The notes under the pieces: model-generated | Database searches by the model: none | Told to the model about the DNA's origin: nothing | Seen by the model: only the letters and a program-made list of their open reading frames with translations | Position numbers and translations under genes: made by a program | Part shown: positions 13,464-27,110 of the stretch, piece after piece | How the letters are laid out: each line of letters starts with the position of its first letter | Position numbering within the stretch: position 1 is the first letter of the stretch | From: Rotaria sp. | Taxonomy: Eukaryota | Direction of reading: 5' to 3' | Assembly (NCBI GenBank): GCA_905250055.1 | Contig: CAJNOF010000004.1 | Location: forward strand, 4,318,909 to 4,382,908 | DNA length: 64,000 nt

Positions 13464-15667
13464 CGACTAGGCCGTGCTCGATATAGCTTTAAAAGAATTC
13501 GTTTGTAAACTTTCGGCATTATTCGATGTTTGTAAATTTTGACAATCTGATGTTGATATTTGAGTTAAAATGTCAATTTGTTTTTCTATAATTAATATGT
13601 TTTCTTCAATTTCTTTTGCATCCATTAATAATGTTGATTTCATTCTTATAAAATGTTCATAATCATCATATTGTTCATTAGAAAGATATTTTCGAAGGAT
13701 ATTTGTTACTAAACGACTGCGACGATCAATACCATCTTTCAATGATTTAGCTTCATCATGTTTTTGTTGAGCTTTTTCACGTCGTTCAATTAAACTTGCC
13801 TTAATAAATAAAAAATAATACTATGTGATTAAATTAATAATAGAAGGCCGTGAAAAAAAAATGTTCACAAGAACGTATTTATATTTTTTTTTGTCTGTAG
13901 TATTAAGCATCTGGCTCAAATTCAGATAATGGAACCCATTGGATTCAAACTGTTTTTGAACCGTAGTTTGATACGCTCAATAAAATTTTCTAATCGGATA
14001 GTCGCTCCAAAGTTACGAAATACATTTTTCCGGTTTATATATTTGATGATTAGTGCATTCTATATATTTTTCGGATGACTAAAATCCATGGGCTCTAAAA
14101 CTTTCGGATCCAGATCCGACGGACTCTACCAAATAACGATTTTAATAGCCAATGGACTTTTCATCTGATGTATTTGACAGTAAGACGTTATAAATGAACT
14201 ATCATGGCAAGGTTTCTATAAAACCAGACACAGTAGTTGTCAGATCTCAGAAGACTATTTTTTTAACTATGCCGCTTTAAAGAGCTAAAAAAAAGGAATC
14301 GCCACATTCTCTATGACTTTTTCTTAAAAAGTTAAAAGCATCGGAAAAAACCGAAGAAAAGTGTTTTTTAATCAATTTGTTGATAAATTTCGTTTTTTGT
14401 GATATTTTTAATTTTTTAAGGGAAGATCATAGAATATTTAGCGATCCGTCATCTTATGTTTTTTAAAATAGCATTATTTGAAAATTACTGTATTCAATTT
14501 TTTTTTTGATAAACTTTGCCATTATAGGAAATCTTCCTATAGAACACATTAGATAGAAAATTTCATTGACCATTAAAATTACTGTCTAGATTTGAGCTAA
14601 TTGCATGAAAACTATAAACGTTTTTTCTATTACGTTATTTATTAAGTTTTACCTTTGTGTGCTCATTACTATCGGAAAGTATCAATAAATCATTTTCAAC
14701 TTTAGCTAATCGACTACTTAGTTTCAGAAGGATTGATGTTATTGTATCGATTTCATTAATATGTAATTTGAATTTTTCGATTTCATTTGATTCAGCATTG
14801 GATTCAATTATATTTAATAACTAAAAAAATAAAGTAATGTATACAATCAATTATTAAGTTATTTTTCTAGTAATACTTTAGCACCAAGAATTTTATTATC
14901 TTCAATTTCTTCGTTAATTGTTCGTTGATTTTCTTTTAGAATTTGTCGACGTTTTCTTAAATTAATTAATAAATCTTCCTAAAAAACAAAAATAAATAAT
15001 ATATAATTAAAAGAAAAAAAAAATATATATTTTTTTTTTTCATTTTTTTTACCGCTTGTCGAAGAGTATCATCATCAAAAATACAACTATCATTCGATAC
15101 TGTTCGATGAATATAATCTGATGATGAATTACTCGAAGTTGTTATAGAACTTGTATCACCACCTGAACTTTGTCTTGAACGTATACGTTTTAAACGATCA
15201 GGTATAGGAAATAATGCACGTGTATAATCTGTACTAATATGATGTTCATTTGATAATGTTAAACGTTCTGATTCATTTAATGAATGATTATGTGGATAAC
15301 GTAAAGCAAATTCTTTTAAATTAAATTGTAAATCATTTTCATCACGAGATTGAAAACGTCGAATTGAATGTGAAATTTTATTAGGTAATTTTTGATAGGA
15401 ATTTAATGGAGAAGCTGCAAAAAGACCGGGTTTAGCAAGTGAATATGTTTTTGATGTTGCTAATGGACGATTTGTGGTAATTAATTCATTTATTGGAGGT
15501 GATGATCGTTGTACGGCTTTAACAATTCGAACTGGTTTTCGAATAGTTGGTGGAGGAGGAAATGATGTTTGATTGGATGTTGAATCAAAATATAGATTAC
15601 CGGAAGGAGACGATGGTGATGGTGGCAATTGTCTGGATGATAAATCATTCCATGAACGTCTTAACAT
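13464..15667 (-). CDS. C-terminal exons of a Shroom-like protein (ASD2-like coiled-coil domain)
   Basis: Exons about 14966-15667 (Pro/Ser-rich), about 14893-14990 EDLLINLRKRRQILKENQRTINEEIEDNKILGAK, about 14656-14822 ...ILLKLSSRLAKVENDLLILSD..., and 13464-13798 ASLIERREKAQQKHDEAKSLKDGIDRRSRLVTNILRKYLSNEQYDDYEHFIRMKSTLLMDAKEIEENI. These align, from my recollection, with the Shroom ASD2 consensus (LSGRLARVENAL...HEDAKELKENLDRRE...LADYEHFVKMKSALI). The recall is memory-based and not verified. Confidence 0.55.
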
Positions 15668-16202
15668 ACAAAATTTTGAAAGTTCACAAAATGAAAAAGA
15701 AAATTTGATGTAAATTTTTCATATTTTGTAAATAAAAAGAGCTCTTTAAAAAAAAATCATTTTATCGGTTAATTAAAGTCTGTGTTTATTTGTTTTACTT
15801 ATTCTAGCATATCTTTTAATACAACTAATATGATGACAATGAGTACATATCCTTGGCAAAAACAAGAATTCTTAACACGTTTGTATGAATACAAGGGCTG
15901 TATATCGAGAAAAGATTAATAAAACATGTTGAATCCTATGTTGTATCTTTTGCTATCAATGAAATTATCTCCTGCTGTACGTCGATTAATGTCTCAGCAC
16001 AGTTTCTCTTTTTTCCCACCTGTCATCATCATCATTATCATCATTATCATCAATGTCTTTTTGTTATATAAATGGCTCTTAATATTTTCACTAATCTATT
16101 TGCAAACAATGAAAATGTCGATAGTATTATAACAATCTATCCTTGTCCTTTTTTTTTTTTTTTCTTTCAATGAAAAGAAAAATAAATCGAAGGAAATCAT
16201 TT

Positions 16203-16259
16203 TTACCTTGTTACATTACGTTGAGGAGTATTATTTACTGTTGTCTGTTGTAAAAGACC

Positions 16260-16307
<48 letters not shown>

Positions 16308-17959
16308 TTGTGAATTTGCTGGAGATAACGTATATATTTTTGGTTTTGTAGGTAATATATTTGTTGGAATTGATGATAAAGATGAATTTATTGATGTATT
16401 ATCTGTATATGTACGATTTTCAAAAAAATCTCGTTTTGATTGAAAATCATGATCAGAATTTTCACTTTGTTGTTTTGATATAATATATGTTGTACGATTT
16501 TGTTGTCCAGCTGATTTTGGTCTTAAAATATTTTCATTTGTTAAAGGAAATTCTGTGATATTTAAATGTGTATTTGGACGTAAATGACAATCATTTAAAG
16601 CATCTTTTGATATTGATCGTGCTAAATAAGAACACATATCATTATTTGGATTCATTGGTATTGAACGAGATTTTTCACGTAAACGTTCTGTATATGATGC
16701 TGGTGTATCTTCTAAAGATGTATCACTTGCTAAATAATAAAACATAAACTAGTCATATAGAATATGTCAAATAATGATGTTAATATATATAAATTTAAAA
16801 AAATATCTACTCATATCAAGCTTAAACAGTAAGAATAAAGAATAAAACTTCGATACTCCAATATGACGCCTTCATTAAATGTGTTCTTCTCATGCTATGT
16901 ATTCTCACACAAAAGAGAAAGGAATACAAAAAAAAAAAAAAAGAAGAAAAAAAGAAATGAGAGAGAACTGATTTAGTTGGCTAAAGAAAGAAAAAAAAGA
17001 GATAAACGCGTATTTCTTTCGTTTTTTTTTCTTTTTCAAACATACACATATACATTGTCGTAGAATTATATATTCGATAAGATATTGAATGTTTGCAATA
17101 TTGATTAATATAATATGCATCATAATTTACAACATGAAATAAAATTGTTCGATTTGCATACATTATAGACCGTATAAGGAAAAATAAGAGAGAAAACAAC
17201 TAACTGAAATATGAAAAGAAATGATTAAGAACAATGGTGACGAATAATTTTTCATTTCTCTCAAGGGTATATTTCATTTCAAAAACAATTAATATCATTG
17301 AGATAATTACATGATGATAAGTAAAACGTCTGAATAGATTCTATTTTCTTTCGTTTTTTTTATATATTAAGAGAAAAAGAAATATATATATATACAAGGC
17401 CAATAAAACATACCATTTCTTAGACAACCATTAGTAAATGCATGTTGTTCAGAATAAGATCCAATTTCTTCCTTCGTTGATAATATATTAATATGATTAA
17501 CATTTATTGAATCATTGTGAGAATTCGAACTACAAACAAAGATTCATCTTATATACTCTATATAAAACATGTAAGGTTTCTGATCAATTGTATACAATAA
17601 AATTCAATATTTATTGAAGAAATAAAAATGACTTTTTACCTAATAATATGATTTGGTATGGGTATTGATTCTGATTGTTTAGTCTGAAACGATTAAAGAA
17701 TAAGATAAATTTATTTGATTTAATTTGATTTGGGTTTTTTTTTATTGACTTACTTGCTCAGTAGTTGTTGATGTCATTGTTGCTAATCCAGAATCTTTAT
17801 CTAATGTCAATGGTGAAGGTGGTGGAGGCCAAAAAGCTTGTACAGAATCAGATAATATAACAGGTTTTGTTGTAGTTGTTGAATCATTACTCATATCTGA
17901 TGATGATGATTTCATTTTCCAATCAATTAATGCTGATTGAATAACTTTCTTTTGACGTG

Positions 17960-17999
<40 letters not shown>

Positions 18000-19891
18000 T
18001 GTGATTGAATAAGTTGAATTAGATGCAGTTTCATCTTCAGCATTAAGAGCTGTATAACTTGATTGTGGATATTCATTATCATGCATTTGAGATTCATATG
18101 ATCGATATGATGAAGATGAACTTGTACTAACACTATTGATACTAACATTGGATACAGTACGATTTGTTGTTGAAATTAATTTCGAATTTTTTTTCGATAA
18201 TATTGATGATGATGACGATGATGATGATGATGATGATGACAATGTATTTGTATTATCAGCTGGGGGATACAAATAATAATGGTATTGTGGTGGTGTCGAA
18301 ATAATAAGTGTCGATGTTTGCATCATAGTAGATTCATCACCATTAGACAATGATTTTGGTGGTGATAAAAAGAAAGGTTCTTTTTTTATTGTTTGATGAT
18401 CATGTAAAACATAATCACACTTGGGATCAGTTACAGGTCGAAAAAGAAGTCCATTATTTAATGAATCACCTTCATCCGACTTCATAATTGTCGTCGTAGA
18501 ACTCGTTGACATTGATAATGAACTATTATTGATGTTAGTGTTTGTACACAGTGGGATAGATGATTCTAAATGAGAATATTATAAGAAAGAGATGAAGAGA
18601 AAAAAAAAATAAAAGAGCCTTGAAATACACACTCCACCTACTCCTTTACATACGAACATGTCATCATGGTAAAGTCTCATATTGACCTTGGCTCGTATAC
18701 TTACCGATGTTAGAAGAACTAGTACCATTCATACTCTTGTCTACCAATGTTGAAACAAGAGAAATCGATGATTGTCGTTCGCTATTAATATTATTATTAT
18801 TATTTGTTGTAACCTTGTCAAATATATGATCATCTTCATTCGATATTTCACAATGATTGCTATTGATTGAAGATACAGGAAGAAGAGATTCGACATCCGC
18901 ACTAAGACGTTTATTTCCGTTTGTCCCTGTTGTTAATGTCGTATGTTGTTTAGTCTTTCGTTGAGCACGTAGTTGAGTGGACGATGTACGTCGTAATTGT
19001 TTATTTTCTTCGGTCGATGTTGATGACTTGTTATTACTGCTATTTGAACGACCAATAAAATTAAAAAAACCATTACTAATTAATTTTTTAGCTGTTGATG
19101 TTGCTGATGATGATTGTTGTGGGATTTGTGGATTAATAATTGTATTAAGTGAAGATGTTTTTACAAGTAAACTATTCAATGGCATAGGTTTATCAACTGA
19201 TGGTGATTGTCGTTTTAATAAATCTTTGAATAAAATAAAAAAAAAAAAAGAAACCGTCTCAATGATTGATTAAAAAGAGAAAGAAGAGAGGTCATTCGTA
19301 CTTTTATTAGAATTGTTCGTGCCATTCGATTCTTTTTTTTGCAAGACGTTGTTGCTACCGTCATTGAAAGTGACTGTAGCAGTAGTAGTAGTGCAATGAA
19401 GGTGAGTAGCAGCAGTTGTTACTCGTTGAGAAGTAATGCAGTTTGGCTCGTCGACATTTTCTTTTTTCTCTTCTCTATATGGTCGACTATCGTTACCCTC
19501 TTCTTTCGATAGCGGTGATGGAGAAAGAGAAAAAGAATGAAGAATTGTGTTTGTGTTGGTGGTAGTGGTCAGCGGGTTAGTAGTGATTGTCCTCCTCGTT
19601 GTTTCAATTCTTTCTTTTTCTCTCAATGTCTCGACATCACGTTGATCATCGCATAGTTTCTTTTGTTCGTCATTGTCGCCACTATTACCATTACCATTGG
19701 ACAAAGAAGATGAAGATGCAATTGCAACAGTCTGTTGGTAATTACTACTAGAATCTATATTGACCGGTGATGGTGAACGTGACCGAATTTCTTTAGGCAA
19801 ATGCCAGTCAAAATGAACAGATTTTTTCATACGATTATTATTATTTGTATTTGTCGGTGATTTTAAACAACCATTATTACAAACCATTGTC

Positions 19892-19924
<33 letters not shown>

Positions 19925-20760
19925 CATAGAAGTAATTCAATAGAATGAAAAAATAACAAAGAGAAGAAAAAAGTAGAAAATGAACTGACAATCACTTGTC
20001 AACCAGTTTTTGATTGGTATTTTATGAGAGGAAAAGTAAACATAGACAGACTGATGTGAAATTCACTTACGATTCTGTTTGATCTCGTTGCTGTTGCTGT
20101 TTTAATCCATCGCTATTGTTTGTCATGATTGTGACGTTTGGTGATGGCGATATTTGAGATGATGTGATGATAGCCTTTGCCGAACGCGTTTGATTATGAT
20201 GGCGATTAGGTGACATTGACATAGTCATTATACTACGTGTCGTTATTGTGGTTGAAGGACCAATGTTGTCTCGAGATGTATCAGCAGTTAATGTTTGTGA
20301 AGTAAACTCTGTACATTGATTTAGTGATGACCCTTTGGCAGACGACAATGACTGTTCATGACCTTTTGATTGAGCATAAGAAGTTATAGAAGTAGAAATA
20401 GATGGAGGTAAGGAAATTGGAGATATTGAACGAACAGTAATAGCTGGTGAGGAAAATTTGTAATCAATAGGTGTTAAATTTTGTTGTTGATATTCATTTA
20501 ATAATGGACGTTTTATTGATGGATGAATACGTTCGCTATTAGGACTTGTTCGTCGTGATATATGAGAAGGAATGATTGAAGATAAAGATGTTAGCGTATT
20601 TGCCGTTGTTATTGATGATGCAGTTGATGTATCACTCATAAAATCACTATTGTCATATGAAGGTGATGTACATCCTGTAACATGTACTAGTGCATCAACT
20701 GAAGATGATGAGAGAGAAGGTGAGGATTCACGCTGTTGATATGAAAAACTATCATTATGT
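16203..20760 (-). CDS. Large Ser/Thr/Asn-rich low-complexity coding exons; probably the central region of the same Shroom-like gene
   Basis: Five consecutive long minus-strand ORFs (16203-16745, 17742-18512, 18664-19185, about 19270-19880, 20071-20760) are separated by 70-150 bp gaps with GTAAGT/GTACGA donors and (Y)nTAG acceptors, for example GAATC|GTAAGTGAAT at 20067 and tatatatag|GACAATGG at 19880. Asn13 and Ser14 homopolymer codon runs are present. Whether this is one gene with 13464-15667 is uncertain. Confidence 0.55.
16261..16305. repeat. (ATT)15 trinucleotide repeat, encoding a poly-Asn run (AAT codons) on the minus strand within the exon 16203-16745
   Basis: ttattattatt... on the plus strand. 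The ORF translation shows N16. Confidence 0.85.
19893..19920. repeat. (TA)14 microsatellite at an intron/exon acceptor of the Ser-rich gene
   Basis: cctatatatatatatatatatatatatatata then cat. Confidence 0.9.
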
Positions 20761-21784
20761 TTCTATTAAAGCAAGGAAAAAAAAACAAATTATTAATAAA
20801 TCGTTCTTTCTAGAATACAAACATCTGGATGATTCAAAACCGTGTTAAAATGATTTGTGAATAGTCTTTTATTGAGAAAAAGTACTATATTTAGCTTTGT
20901 CTAAATTATATATTTATAAAAAATTGATGTCAATAGCAGATATGTTTCAATAATATTGATATAATATTTACTTGGAAAGTTCTACGATACAAAAATAATT
21001 GGCAAAATCTCGACCAATGGTTCTTTACATAGGGAAATAGCAGAACAACTTATGCTTATTTTCTGTTGACAGAGCAAAAGTCGACTTTCAAAAAGATATG
21101 AGAAAACTAATTTTCTGGAACAAGTTGTGAGTGAAAAAAGTCTGATGTCAAACATTGTCCAAAGAGCTCTTGCAACATATCGTTTTCTTTATATTTCTTT
21201 TTCGAATTCGAAGAAAAATGTTTTCTTGAAAATTAACTAGATAACAAAATAGTCTTTTTTAAATTTTATTCACGTTTATACTTTAGGAAGTTTCTCAATA
21301 ATTCTTCAAAAGTAAATGAAGCATACTATATGGCTTAGTTTTCATTAAAAAAAAAGCATTGTTTTATAAAGGAAAGATAAGACATTGAGAAGGAATTCAT
21401 TATTGAGGGCTTAAAATTGATTTGAATTCGTAGAAAATGACATATTGTTTCAGAAAATGTGTTTCACATTAAAAAAAAAAGGAAAAAAATTCATTCTTTC
21501 AATATCTAAACAGTATTGCTCAAGTTAGATGATCTATTTTTTAAATCAATGAAGAGATTGTAAAATGTTTCGATCATAAAGTGGATCAAACCATCATTTA
21601 TCATACCCATTTTATAGAGTAATAAAAACACTTCCGGTTTCTATCATTATATAATTTCAAATGTAATCTATTGCAGAGAAACAAATAGATTTCATGCAAG
21701 AGATACGTTGAATGAGGACAAAAGTTGTAAGAACATTTTTGGCAATACTCATTCAAAAACAATGCAAATAAAAAAGCTCGAATT

Positions 21785-22345
21785 CTATGTTTGTTTGAAC
21801 AACAAACAGATATGGGTGAATTTGTGTTGTATTAGATAACTTACTAAAAATGAATTTGCAAGTTTTCTTGATTGAGGATCAACTGAATGACGATTGAATC
21901 CTTCATTAAATGAAGCAGGTCTTCCACAAGATATTTGATGATAGTGTGAATTTTGTTGTGGTTGAAAATATCTGGCTACTTTTGGTCTTATGCGTACTCG
22001 ATTAGAATTTCTATTTGTTGTTAATTGTTCATTGTCTGTACGTTTTCCAGTTGGTGGTAAACCATGTTCTTGAGGGACACCTGGACTCCAACTAGCTCGT
22101 TTAAGTAAACGTTTTTCTTCAATAAATTCATTATTTCCAATTGCTTTAACAATTTCAGTATAAATATATTCTGAAGATGGTAATGATTTATCTTTAGAAT
22201 CTGGCATATGCTCTTCTAGTAAGGTATGACATTGAATAGACGAATGATGATTTCTATGCGACACTGATGATATTGGAGACGTTGTTGTCTCATGTTCATT
22301 AATTAATAATGTTGTATTATCAGATTTAGTTTTTGAGAATCGCAT
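21785..22345 (-). CDS. Possible upstream coding exon (about 187 aa), either of the Ser-rich/Shroom-like gene or a separate gene
   Basis: Long stop-free ORF with similar composition. The ATG at 22345 is preceded by aacag. No domain was recognised. Confidence 0.3.
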   Translation of the reverse strand: MRFSKTKSDNTTLLINEHETTTSPISSVSHRNHHSSIQCHTLLEEHMPDSKDKSLPSSEYIYTEIVKAIGNNEFIEEKRLLKRASWSPGVPQEHGLPPTGKRTDNEQLTTNRNSNRVRIRPKVARYFQPQQNSHYHQISCGRPASFNEGFNRHSVDPQSRKLANSFLVSYLIQHKFTHICLLFKQT

Positions 22346-25300
22346 TCTGTTATTGTTCAATATTTATAAATCCAAATGACAAAAAAAAAAAACTATAAAA
22401 GAAAAAAAAATTAATTATAATTTTCTTTCTTTTTTTTCGTTCTAGTATATCGAAACAAGAGGAGTAAGCCATCGTAATCATTCTAGATGTGTATAATTAG
22501 CTAGAACATACCTGTACATTGATAAATAAACAAAGAGACAAGCAAAATAGGGCAACTAATGACTGATGTGACAACGTTAGAAAAAAAACGATAAGAATAA
22601 CAACAAAAGAAAAAGACCGAAATAAGCTAATAAAAACGATGTATCTACCTGATTAACAAAAGATAATGTGTTTTGTTAAAAAAAAGATTTCCGAAATGAA
22701 ATATCTTTTTTGGGATTTGTTTTTTCCAATTACAATAGATATTAAAAAAAAAAAGACAATTTATATTGTCTTTTGTCGATAATTAATAATAATAGATAGT
22801 GAGATATTGATCTCGATTAATAACGTAAAATATAAGAATACGGTTCTTGTAGACATATCGTCTACATAAAATGAATATATCAAGCATTCGTCTTTTTTTA
22901 TCGGTTATTTTTTTTGCTTGTTTCTCTTTAGCTGGATACATTCATCTTCATTATTCTCATGATCGTCGTCATCTATTTGCGACGACAACGATGGCACTAG
23001 TGATGATATTGATATCATCCTCACGTTGTTATTCTGGCTTCATGTAACATTATCAAAATAGGCACTCGGTGGCGGACAACACCGCAAAAAAAATGAGAGC
23101 AATTCATACATTAATTTTTTTCTGTTTATCTCAAATGTATTTTATATAATCACTATTAATCTTAATTTGATCGGTTTCAGTTAATCGATGATCATTCTAC
23201 TTATGTTTAGTCCGAGAGGAATGAAGCATTAGTAGTATCTTTCTTTCATTATTTATTTTTTTCTAATGTTCAATATCACCCACGTATGAACAACTTATTA
23301 TTTTTAATACTATATACTCATTTACAAACAGAGTCTTATTATGCATTATGAATAGATTAAGCATAATATGATTGAAGAAACAGTACACGCAGCTGTCTAC
23401 CTATCTGTCTAAGCTCTTCATACATCTTGAAAAGTAGTCTGTACGTTTGAAATAAAAATCAACAGTGTCTAGTTTAGCATAAAATTACTTATCTTTTTCA
23501 TTTCTAATAAATTAGAGTAGACATTAGTGAAGGTCATAGATATGTATATTTATATGGACATTCTATACTTAGTATGTAGAGATAGAGAAAAGAGAAATTC
23601 ATTGCATAGAAATATTTGTCAAGTACATACTCATCATTGCTGAGATATAGAGTAACTGGATCGTTACTCATATTTTTTTCAAAACAACATTCCATTCGTA
23701 GTAATATTATCAGCAACTGACCACTTTTTTTTTATAATCAAAGTAAGAAAGAAGAAAGAGAGTGAGAGAGAAAATGACACTCACGTATACATGACATAAT
23801 GTCCAACAAAGAGAAAAAGAAAAAAAAAACGAAGCTATCGTAGACATGCAACTAAAAGGACCCACTTTACCTGTTTGTTTAATAGCATAAGCAACAAGGT
23901 ATTGTCGTTGTTATTTGTTTCACCATTATAATCAAGCGAGTGAAAGCTCAAATCGACCAGCAACAGTAACAACAACAAAAGAGGAAACAATTGTTACATA
24001 AACGTTCTGTGTGTTGGTCTGCTTGCCTTTTTCTACTCGAACGGTTCTCATATAATAAGTATATCGAGGTCGACATTACTGGCAAACGAGTCGCTCAATT
24101 TTCATCGCCATACTTCTACTTCTGTATAATACATAAGTACTCATATACATATACATTCATGCACAAAAAAAAACATATGATCGTCATCTAAGCCGAAAGG
24201 GGCAAGTCATGTAGGAAAATATGTATGAAGTGAGATGACGAAGATTTAAACCAAATTCAAACAGAGATGGTGAGACAGAATAGCCATAGCTGCTCCTACC
24301 TTCTCTTATATAATATATGTTTATATGTAAGTGACAGTCAATACTTTCATACTTACTTCAATATTGCCAGCAGTATTCATTGTCTATGTATGATTGTCTT
24401 TAGATTTTTTTTTATTAATAAGAGAATAAAGATGTGTACATCATCTGCCTAAGTCAGTACCTGTAACATCCGATGAAAAATGATAGCCGATAGCGTCTGA
24501 AATTTCGTCACAGGCAATCAGTTTTATTTGTTTTTTTTTCTCTCTCTCTCTCTCGTTTTCTCTTCTCTTATTGATTGCTTCTTCCTACTATGAAATAGAT
24601 ATTTTATTATATTGCTTAGTTGATTATAGAAGAGCGTTGAAGGATGAACCATACATTGGAGAGGTAAATATTAACGTATACATATATAAACGTATGTATG
24701 CATACATATACATATGCGCATAGTAAGTAGGAGGTGGTATGAATCAATTTAAAATACATTGCTACATATAGAGGATATACCTGATTGATTAATGTAACTT
24801 GATTTGAGCATTGAAAAACGATGCGTAATAATGCTGATATTAGTGGGCTTTCATTATAGAAGTATAACCATTAATCGATTTTCGCTTCGTTTTTTATCAC
24901 TACTGTATCCATCGATCCACGAGGACATAAATGCATATAGGGCGACAGTGGAGGTCAAATAAGAGAAAGTATACACTTCTGAAAAGATGATAAAACCAAT
25001 GATGTTAATCGTTATCAATAGACACTATTCAAGTAAATCTGAACCTTGAACTGCCAAAACACTAGAAAATTCATATACGATGGCGTGTATCTCAACATAA
25101 TCATCATCCCGTTTTTTTTTGCCAATTGACAGTCACATAAATCGTATAGTCTATATTCAAGGTTCGGTTCGATTATGAATACTGCTAGCCATAATTATAA
25201 TCATCGAAAAAGAAAACGGAAAAACAGAGTAGTAATCATTCGTTGATATTATTTCATAACATTGAAAATTAGTATACCAAGAATAAAACGACCATGAATC

Positions 25301-25504
25301 CAAGGCATATGAAGCTTTAAATAATGCTCATTATCAAAAAAAACTTCTTTTTTTTTCTTGGTTTAAAAAGACTATACACAATTAAACAAGACAAGTTGCT
25401 TCTTAAACGCATTTTGATTATGAAATATTTTCAACTCCTTTTTTTTTTACATGCCGGGGGGAAAAGACTATTAATTTTCTTAACACTATTTGATACTTAT
25501 AGCC

Positions 25505-27110
25505 AATTGGTTTGCTACATATGTCATATCGATTAAAACGTCATCTACGTTGATTTGAAGACCTATCATGATTACTCTTCTGGAATTCAATATCAGTCAA
25601 GAAAGAATATTCACATTTTCTATTCAAACAAATGTATTTATTGAATCGAATTATGAGACATCATATGTTTCTCTTTCATACAGTATCATACTATTTTTGT
25701 TCCATCGGTAGTCAAACAGTTTTTTTTTCTCGAAACACATAATTATAAATATCAAATAAACATTTTTCAATAATTGTTTTCAAACAACTTCAACAATGTC
25801 CTACTGAAAATTTCAGAATTCTATTAACTAGCTCTTTTTGATGATATATTACATGTAATCATACTTTTGTTATTATATTGTTAAGTGCAATTATTCTTAG
25901 ATGCAATTCTATACCATACGGAAGAAAAGTATTACGAAACAGTTTAGTTAATGTATATAAATTCTGTCTAATGTCATATCATTAACAATAAAATACAATA
26001 CTCATATGAAAATACAGCAGTTTTGTTGAAATTCATTTCATTTATATTCAACCTGTAGAGTAAAACTTCTTCATGGTTTTCTTGTTATTAAAAATAACAT
26101 CAACTATTCTATATCAGATATCTTATTCAGTAAAAGTTTAAGCAAATAATAAAATATAAGAAAAAAAAAAAACAAGTTAAAATATAGTTATCTAAATAAC
26201 AATCAATTCGGATTTTAGACATGTCAAAATATGAAAAAAAAAACAACCAACTACATACACACTATAGACATAATTTTGATTGCAGTCATGATAAGTCCTT
26301 TTGAGTTGTTTATGATCGATACAATTTAATGCAAATGATGTAAATATAAATGAAGGTAAAGTAATGATTTTATATTTTTTTTCATGTTTCTTGTCTAAAA
26401 AATACTTTTCGAATCAGATTGACAGTTACAATGTCAAATTAGATGATGTTTCATTTATAGTCGTATGATTCTTGAAAAAGCATGTTAACATCATCTAATT
26501 GATTGAGTGATTACTATAAGCAAATCTTATCAATGATAAACAAACAGAAACATTGCTGATAGAAATGTCAGAGTTCTATACATAACAACATTTAACAGAT
26601 CGTATGGCAAAAAGATACCAATCATTAGGGACCATGTAACAGCTGGCATGGATGAAATAAGAAAGAAAAAAGTCAAATAAAGCAAATTAGAATAAAAGAT
26701 AAGAGAGTATAAGCAATATTGACAGCTTTACATCCATCTCCATCTTTTCAATATCTAATATAGTTTTCAATTGGCAAACATCAATTTTCATCATAAATTG
26801 AAAGATGCAAAGATTAATGTAATTGATTTATTCATTATCGAGACTTTTATTGTCGACTAAATAAATCCTAAAGTTTTGAATTCTTTCTATTAGTTTTTAG
26901 AATCAAGTGTTTTGTATTGTATTATTGATTAGAAAAAAATTACTAAAAATAAATAGAATTTTTTCATTGTAAAAACGAGTAACACTTTTAAATAATAGAT
27001 ACCAGTATAGAATAGAGAAAGTTATGAATGACGAGAATTTGTGAACGAAATAGTTATGAAGAAATATAACTATCTATATGCATATAATGGGTGTATGATA
27101 GAAATTTATT
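25505..27110. repeat. Direct repeat, copy A (about 1.6 kb, non-coding)
   Basis: About 93% identical over its length to 33083-34850, for example 25531 gattaaaacgtcatctacgttgatttgaagacctatcatgattactcttctggaattcaatatcagtcaag versus 33113. Confidence 0.8.

Noticed and set aside
18977-19273. Plus-strand 98-aa ORF
   Set aside because: It is antisense to the Ser-rich minus-strand exon. The repeat-driven frame stays open.
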